From a virus (lineage: Duplodnaviria > Caudoviricetes), in IMG/VR virus record IMGVR_UViG_3300034148_000026, positions 1 through 36,344 of that record: a DNA stretch of 36,344 nucleotides. One strand, written 5' to 3'. Position 1 is the first letter of the stretch; the number at the start of each line of letters is the position of its first letter. Positions 32,039-36,344 of this stretch are shown one piece after another. The notes under the pieces are model-generated. The model was not told where the DNA came from. It did no database searches and saw only the letters and a list, made by a program, of their open reading frames with translations. The translations under genes and the position numbers were made by a program.

Positions 32039-35000
32039 CTATGTCGTCGTGAACGAGAACATGTAGTAGCTTGCGTGCGACTTGCCGTCGAACTTCACGT
32101 ACAGCGCGTTGTTCGGCTTGTCGTGCCAGTACTTGTGATCGGCTGGCGTCGCGGCATCGAACTCGGCTTTGGTCGTCCCGGACGAGGTGTAGGTGAAGCC
32201 GCCGTTCGCCATCGAGGTGACGTTGCGCGTGCCCTTGACCGGGAAGCTCATCGTCACCGTGTCGGTCACGTCGTTCGCGAAGCGCGCGTTGTACGCCTGT
32301 TGAACCTTGACGATCCAGAAACTGGCATTCCTGAGGAAACCATAGTCGGTGTTTGTCTTCCCCGGATTGCCGGCGCCCGGGATCGTGAACTTGACGATCG
32401 AGCCCGATGGGAAAAAGCCGAACTTGTTCCCGTTGAAGATCGACGACCACAGTTCGTCGTGATTCGGCGCGACGCCGCCGCCAGCGACGTTCTTGAACCG
32501 CACGCCGTCGGTGCCTTGGTCATGCTGATAGTGAGAGTCGCGCGCCGCGAGGATGGCACCGGTCCCGACGAACGAGGCATTCAAGCGCTCCCATTGCAGA
32601 GCGTTGTCTATCGAGTAAGCAATGTTGCCGGGGTAGATGCCCCACGGCATCGGCGTGTCCATCGACGTGTTGTAACCCTGCTGATGCGCGAAGAAGGGAG
32701 TCGTCGTCACCTTCGAGAACGGGTTGATCTCCAGCGCCGTCCCCGTCACCCCGTTCATGACGAACGGCTGGTCATAGACGATGTGTGCGCACGGCACGCC
32801 TGACTTCGTCGGCCCCTCGCTGAAATATCCGTAGTGGTCGTAGATGATCCCGACCATGTGCCGGTCGTGTGTGTTGACCTCGTAGTCCTCGTACTGGTGC
32901 GAGCCGAAGATCGCGTCGTATGTCGTCGTGTCGTTCAGCATCTGCGGGCCGGGCGACTGATAGACGCCGCCGCTGTTGAGCATGCGCCAGTTCGACATGT
33001 TGACCGACCACGTGTGAAGCGGGTCGGTATACAGGTCCCACGTGTCGAGGACGCAGGACCGCTTGACGATGCGGGGCTCGGTGACAAACGGGGCCGCGCT
33101 GTGGAAGTTGAAGTAGCTGCTATTCAGGAAATTCATCAGGCCGTGATACGAGGCAGCGTAGACGCCGAGGTCGACGCCCTCGGCGTTGTTCAGCGTGTAG
33201 CCAAAGCCGAGCGCCCATTCGTTCGACGAGCCGCCCTGCGCCTGTCCGTTGAAGGCGGGGCCAAAGTTGTCGGCTGTCACCGGGCGCTCGTACCGACCGA
33301 TGTTGACGCGGTTGTGGTACGCCTCGCTGTGTCTGCCGTTCGGCTGTGCCCTGCCGCCTGACTTGAGGATGCCGATGCGTTTGAAGACGGAGTCGATGTT
33401 CGTGCCGGTGGGCGTCCCGTCATGCGTTGACTGCACGCCGTAGTCGAGGCCGTTGCCGCGCTCGTTGTACGGGTTCATGTTCGTCCGGCCGGCGATGCCG
33501 CAACAGAAGCCGGTGTTGCCCTCCCACACGTCGTTGGTGCCGGTGTTCAGAGGGATGTGAAACGCGAACAGCGGCACCTGGGACGAGAGGCCCGTGCAGC
33601 CGCCGACGCCGCCGTTGTTCTTGTGCGCGAAGCCGTTCCAGAAGCCGTGGCCTTCGCAATCGACGCCCCAGTTGTCGATGTGTCGATTGCGAGGGTTGCC
33701 GAACCAGAAGCCGGAAGGCCCGGCGTCGCCCGCGTATTGCTCGGTGATCTCGTGGTACTTCAGCGGCGGGATGGTCGCCCATTCCGGAGCGCCCTCGGCG
33801 CGGATCGCGAGGTTGCGCTCGACAGTGTTGTCCTCCTCGCTGCTGTCCTCCTCCATGAAGGCGTGGCCGAAGGATTTGTAGAAGACGTTCTCGGACATGA
33901 CGGCACCGCGACAGCCGTGCAGCAGCCCGGCTCGGTTGTGGCCGCGATAGAAGATGCAATTTTTCAGGACCGCCTTGCCCGGAGGGAAGTTCGGGCCGGC
34001 CGGCGCGGCGGTCTGCGAGAACGGCGTCGAGCCCGCGACGCCGGTCGTCTTGATGGTGCCGTTCGCGTTGTAGCTGAGAAAGTGCCAGTGCCACCCGTAG
34101 CGCCCGAGCAGGCCGTGCTGGCCGTAGTCGATGCCCATGATCCCCTGAATCTGCACGTCGGTCGTCAGGTCGTGGGCCATGCCGTGCCAGCCGAAGCGCT
34201 TCAACGCCAAGTCGGTGTTGCCGAGGTCGTAGGCGCGAATGCGGACGTTGCTGTGGCAGATGACGACGAAGGCGCGCTCGTCGATCGTGTCCTGCACGAA
34301 GGCGTGCGCGCGCATGCCAGTCAAGCAAAGCGTGTTCGTCGAAGCGAGCGAGGCGGCGGCGTTGTCCACGCTGTAGGTGCCGATCCCGCCGGGCGCGCCG
34401 GTCTGCGTCAGTTGCGCCGTGACGTAGGTCTTCGTCGCATGCGGGTCGATGAGCAGCGTCGTGTAGGCCCTGGTCCGCACTCGCTGCCCGACAGTGATCG
34501 TGCCCGAGGCGACCGCAGTGATCGTCAGCACGCCGCCAGCGAGACTGCCGGTGTACGAGCTGGTGTCGCCGTTCGTGAAGCGGCCCGGCGTGAGGCTGAC
34601 GCCGAGGTCGGTCGCGTACTGGAGGCGACCCCAATGCGGGAACGCCGGACCCGAGTTGACGGTGATCGTCGTGTCGCCGATGTTCGCCGCGACCGCGAGG
34701 GTCTTCTCCTCGGTGCGCTTGCTTGTGTTGAAGCGGTCGGTCGGCGTCACGAGCACGACCGTCCCCACGGGCGCGGCGGCGGTGAGCGGCGAGTCGAGCG
34801 TGAGGACCGTCCCGCTGGTCCAGTGCGCGTTCAGCCTGCGGACCTGCGGCCCCTTGCCGAATAGCTGGAGCTTGCCGGTGCCCATGACCTGAATGGAACG
34901 TGGGATGCCGCCGCTGTCGTTCTTGTTTCCGTCGTTGCCTGTCGGCACGTCGGAGGCCGTGTGCGTGAAGCCACGGATCACGCCGGTCCCGATGCCGAGC

Positions 35001-35386
35001 GCGGTGCGCTCGGCAGGCGTGTAGCCGTTGACGGTGGCAGCGGCGCCGGTGAGGTCGATCTGAAGGTCTGTCGGATGCGCCGACACGTCAAGCTGGCCGT
35101 CTGAGCGGCCCCAGCCGTCGTGAATCACGAGGCTGTGGCAGACGAGGCGGGTATCGACGCGCGGATCGAAACGCCATTCCCCGCCAGCGTGAACGTTGAT
35201 AGGCCCGATCACGTCGGCGTCGACCATCTTCAGGTCGACCAGAATCTTCTCCGGGGCCATGACCATCAGCGGCGCGTTCGGGGCGAGGCTCCCGAGGCGC
35301 GTCGATAGCAGGGTGTACGACGCGAACTCGTCGGACGGATCGCCGTCGTCGCCTCCTCGCTCTCTGATTGCACGGATCAGCGTCAT
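32039..35386 (-). CDS. Large G8-domain / parallel beta-helix protein (TMEM2/CEMIP/fibrocystin-like), probable virion glycan-binding or depolymerase protein (1115 aa)
   Basis: IDERA.V...NVRIR, GQHGLLGRYGWHWH, HNRAGLLHG, GHAFMEEDSSEEDNTVERNL and PSGFWFGNPRN..IDN..VDCEGHGFW match the G8-associated beta-helix region. Confidence 0.75.
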   Translation of the reverse strand: MTLIRAIRERGGDDGDPSDEFASYTLLSTRLGSLAPNAPLMVMAPEKILVDLKMVDADVIGPINVHAGGEWRFDPRVDTRLVCHSLVIHDGWGRSDGQLDVSAHPTDLQIDLTGAAATVNGYTPAERTALGIGTGVIRGFTHTASDVPTGNDGNKNDSGGIPRSIQVMGTGKLQLFGKGPQVRRLNAHWTSGTVLTLDSPLTAAAPVGTVVLVTPTDRFNTSKRTEEKTLAVAANIGDTTITVNSGPAFPHWGRLQYATDLGVSLTPGRFTNGDTSSYTGSLAGGVLTITAVASGTITVGQRVRTRAYTTLLIDPHATKTYVTAQLTQTGAPGGIGTYSVDNAAASLASTNTLCLTGMRAHAFVQDTIDERAFVVICHSNVRIRAYDLGNTDLALKRFGWHGMAHDLTTDVQIQGIMGIDYGQHGLLGRYGWHWHFLSYNANGTIKTTGVAGSTPFSQTAAPAGPNFPPGKAVLKNCIFYRGHNRAGLLHGCRGAVMSENVFYKSFGHAFMEEDSSEEDNTVERNLAIRAEGAPEWATIPPLKYHEITEQYAGDAGPSGFWFGNPRNRHIDNWGVDCEGHGFWNGFAHKNNGGVGGCTGLSSQVPLFAFHIPLNTGTNDVWEGNTGFCCGIAGRTNMNPYNERGNGLDYGVQSTHDGTPTGTNIDSVFKRIGILKSGGRAQPNGRHSEAYHNRVNIGRYERPVTADNFGPAFNGQAQGGSSNEWALGFGYTLNNAEGVDLGVYAASYHGLMNFLNSSYFNFHSAAPFVTEPRIVKRSCVLDTWDLYTDPLHTWSVNMSNWRMLNSGGVYQSPGPQMLNDTTTYDAIFGSHQYEDYEVNTHDRHMVGIIYDHYGYFSEGPTKSGVPCAHIVYDQPFVMNGVTGTALEINPFSKVTTTPFFAHQQGYNTSMDTPMPWGIYPGNIAYSIDNALQWERLNASFVGTGAILAARDSHYQHDQGTDGVRFKNVAGGGVAPNHDELWSSIFNGNKFGFFPSGSIVKFTIPGAGNPGKTNTDYGFLRNASFWIVKVQQAYNARFANDVTDTVTMSFPVKGTRNVTSMANGGFTYTSSGTTKAEFDAATPADHKYWHDKPNNALYVKFDGKSHASYYMFSFTTT

Positions 35387-35389
35387 GGC

Positions 35390-36343
35390 TCAGGCTCCGT
35401 AGGCAACCGATTGAATGCACAAGGCCGTCGCCGTTACTCCGTTGATGTTGTTGACGTGCGCTTGCAGGTACGTGCTGGCGACGCCTGCGGAGTACGTCAC
35501 CTCGTAGATGGTCATCACGGTGCTGCCGCTGCCGTCCGTTGCAGGGTAGAACGGTCCGGCGTCGGCGCTCCCGTCCTCCATGTGAAGCGTGAGCGAGAAG
35601 GGATTCGTCTCCGCGACGGACGATTGCGTCGCGATCGCGATCCGCCACTTACGCGCGGCAAGTCCGGCGGGCGGGCGAAACTCGACATGCCCGCCAACGC
35701 CGGCAGTCGTCGGGTCGAACTTCGCGCACGTTCCAGTCGATCCGGCGCCGGAGTTCATGCCGTCTGTCCATGTCGCGTTTACGGGCGTCGTGATGATCGG
35801 GTTGTCTGCTCGCACCATGCCCGACAGGTTCAACTCGGACGCGATGAACCCGCCGCCGACCTTGAAATCGTCGAAGGTCGCCGCTGCGGGTGGGCTGAGA
35901 TAACGCCAGTCGATGGTGCCGATGGCGGTCAGATCCTGGGTCACGACCGGCATCGTCACGACGCTGATCGCGCCGGCCGCTGCGCCGCCGATGATGTCCT
36001 TTTCGAGCGTGACGAGGAACGTGTTCTGCCCGTTGTTGAAGACGAACTGCAACAGGTCGAGCGCGTTCGGCGTGGTGGACAGCACCGGGCTGAAGCCGGC
36101 CGGGTAGCGGCAGTTCGCGGGAAGGGTGAGCGTGCGTCCGCCGGTGCCGTCCTGCTTGACCCACAGGGCGAACCGTCCGCCGTCCTGCGCCTTGGTGATG
36201 ACGAGCGATGCGTTCGTGCCGAGCACGACCTGCGCGGTGAGGCTCAGGTCGGTGTCGAAGGTGATCGACGCGCTCGAAGGAATCTGCGTCACGCCGGACG
36301 CGACCCTCGGAGTCGTCGAGCGCCACGCGGTGCCGTCCGTCTT
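35390..36343 (-). CDS. Fibre/decoration-like virion protein, 5'-truncated by the window edge
   Basis: The frame stays open to the window end (KTDGTAWRS...). VKQDGTGGRTLTLP...PVLSTTPNALDLLQF is a common phage fibre domain and is followed by a beta-rich domain. Confidence 0.7.
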   Translation of the reverse strand, partial: KTDGTAWRSTTPRVASGVTQIPSSASITFDTDLSLTAQVVLGTNASLVITKAQDGGRFALWVKQDGTGGRTLTLPANCRYPAGFSPVLSTTPNALDLLQFVFNNGQNTFLVTLEKDIIGGAAAGAISVVTMPVVTQDLTAIGTIDWRYLSPPAAATFDDFKVGGGFIASELNLSGMVRADNPIITTPVNATWTDGMNSGAGSTGTCAKFDPTTAGVGGHVEFRPPAGLAARKWRIAIATQSSVAETNPFSLTLHMEDGSADAGPFYPATDGSGSTVMTIYEVTYSAGVASTYLQAHVNNINGVTATALCIQSVAYGA

Positions 36344-36344
36344 C

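Noticed and set aside
35390-36292. GTG at 36292 as the true start of the last gene
   Set aside because: No RBS, and the frame stays open with fibre-like sequence to the window edge, so the gene is probably truncated.
1-36344. Diversity-generating retroelement, retron, integrase or toxin-antitoxin system
   Set aside because: No reverse transcriptase, recombinase or TA motifs recognised, and no TR/VR-like long repeat noticed by eye.

Overview
High-GC segment of a lambda/HK97-like siphophage genome, probably infecting a betaproteobacterium (inferred from the PEP-CTERM gene and the gene families present). It has three blocks. (1) Leftward middle block, 4256->58: Cro-like HTH, DUF1376/YdaU-like replication initiator with an internal origin-like repeat, a small Cys-rich protein, RusA, a ParB-like protein, an ABC-ATPase/GNAT fusion and an HNH nuclease next to a probable cos region. 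(2) Rightward early/accessory block, about 4364-21126: exonuclease VIII-like protein, a second ParB-domain protein, a candidate annealing protein, many small ORFs, a densely structured ~360-nt non-coding region, a three-gene Ycf46-type AAA+ module, DUF6283, transglutaminase-like and YkgJ-like proteins, a PEP-CTERM protein and a lipoprotein, ending in a strong terminator. (3) Leftward late block, 36344->21365: a fibre-like gene, a large G8/beta-helix protein, head closure, HK97 gp10-like, tail terminator, tail tube, frameshifted tail chaperones, tape measure, tail tip genes and small membrane genes. No integrase, CI repressor or endolysin is recognisable. The most notable unexplained signals are the structured RNA-like leader, three intergenic CCTAGG clusters, the AAA module whose partners share an RAL(D/E)L motif, the ParB + ABC-GNAT putative DNA-modification pair and the surface/EPS-related genes. 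All family assignments come from motif recognition by eye, not from database searches.
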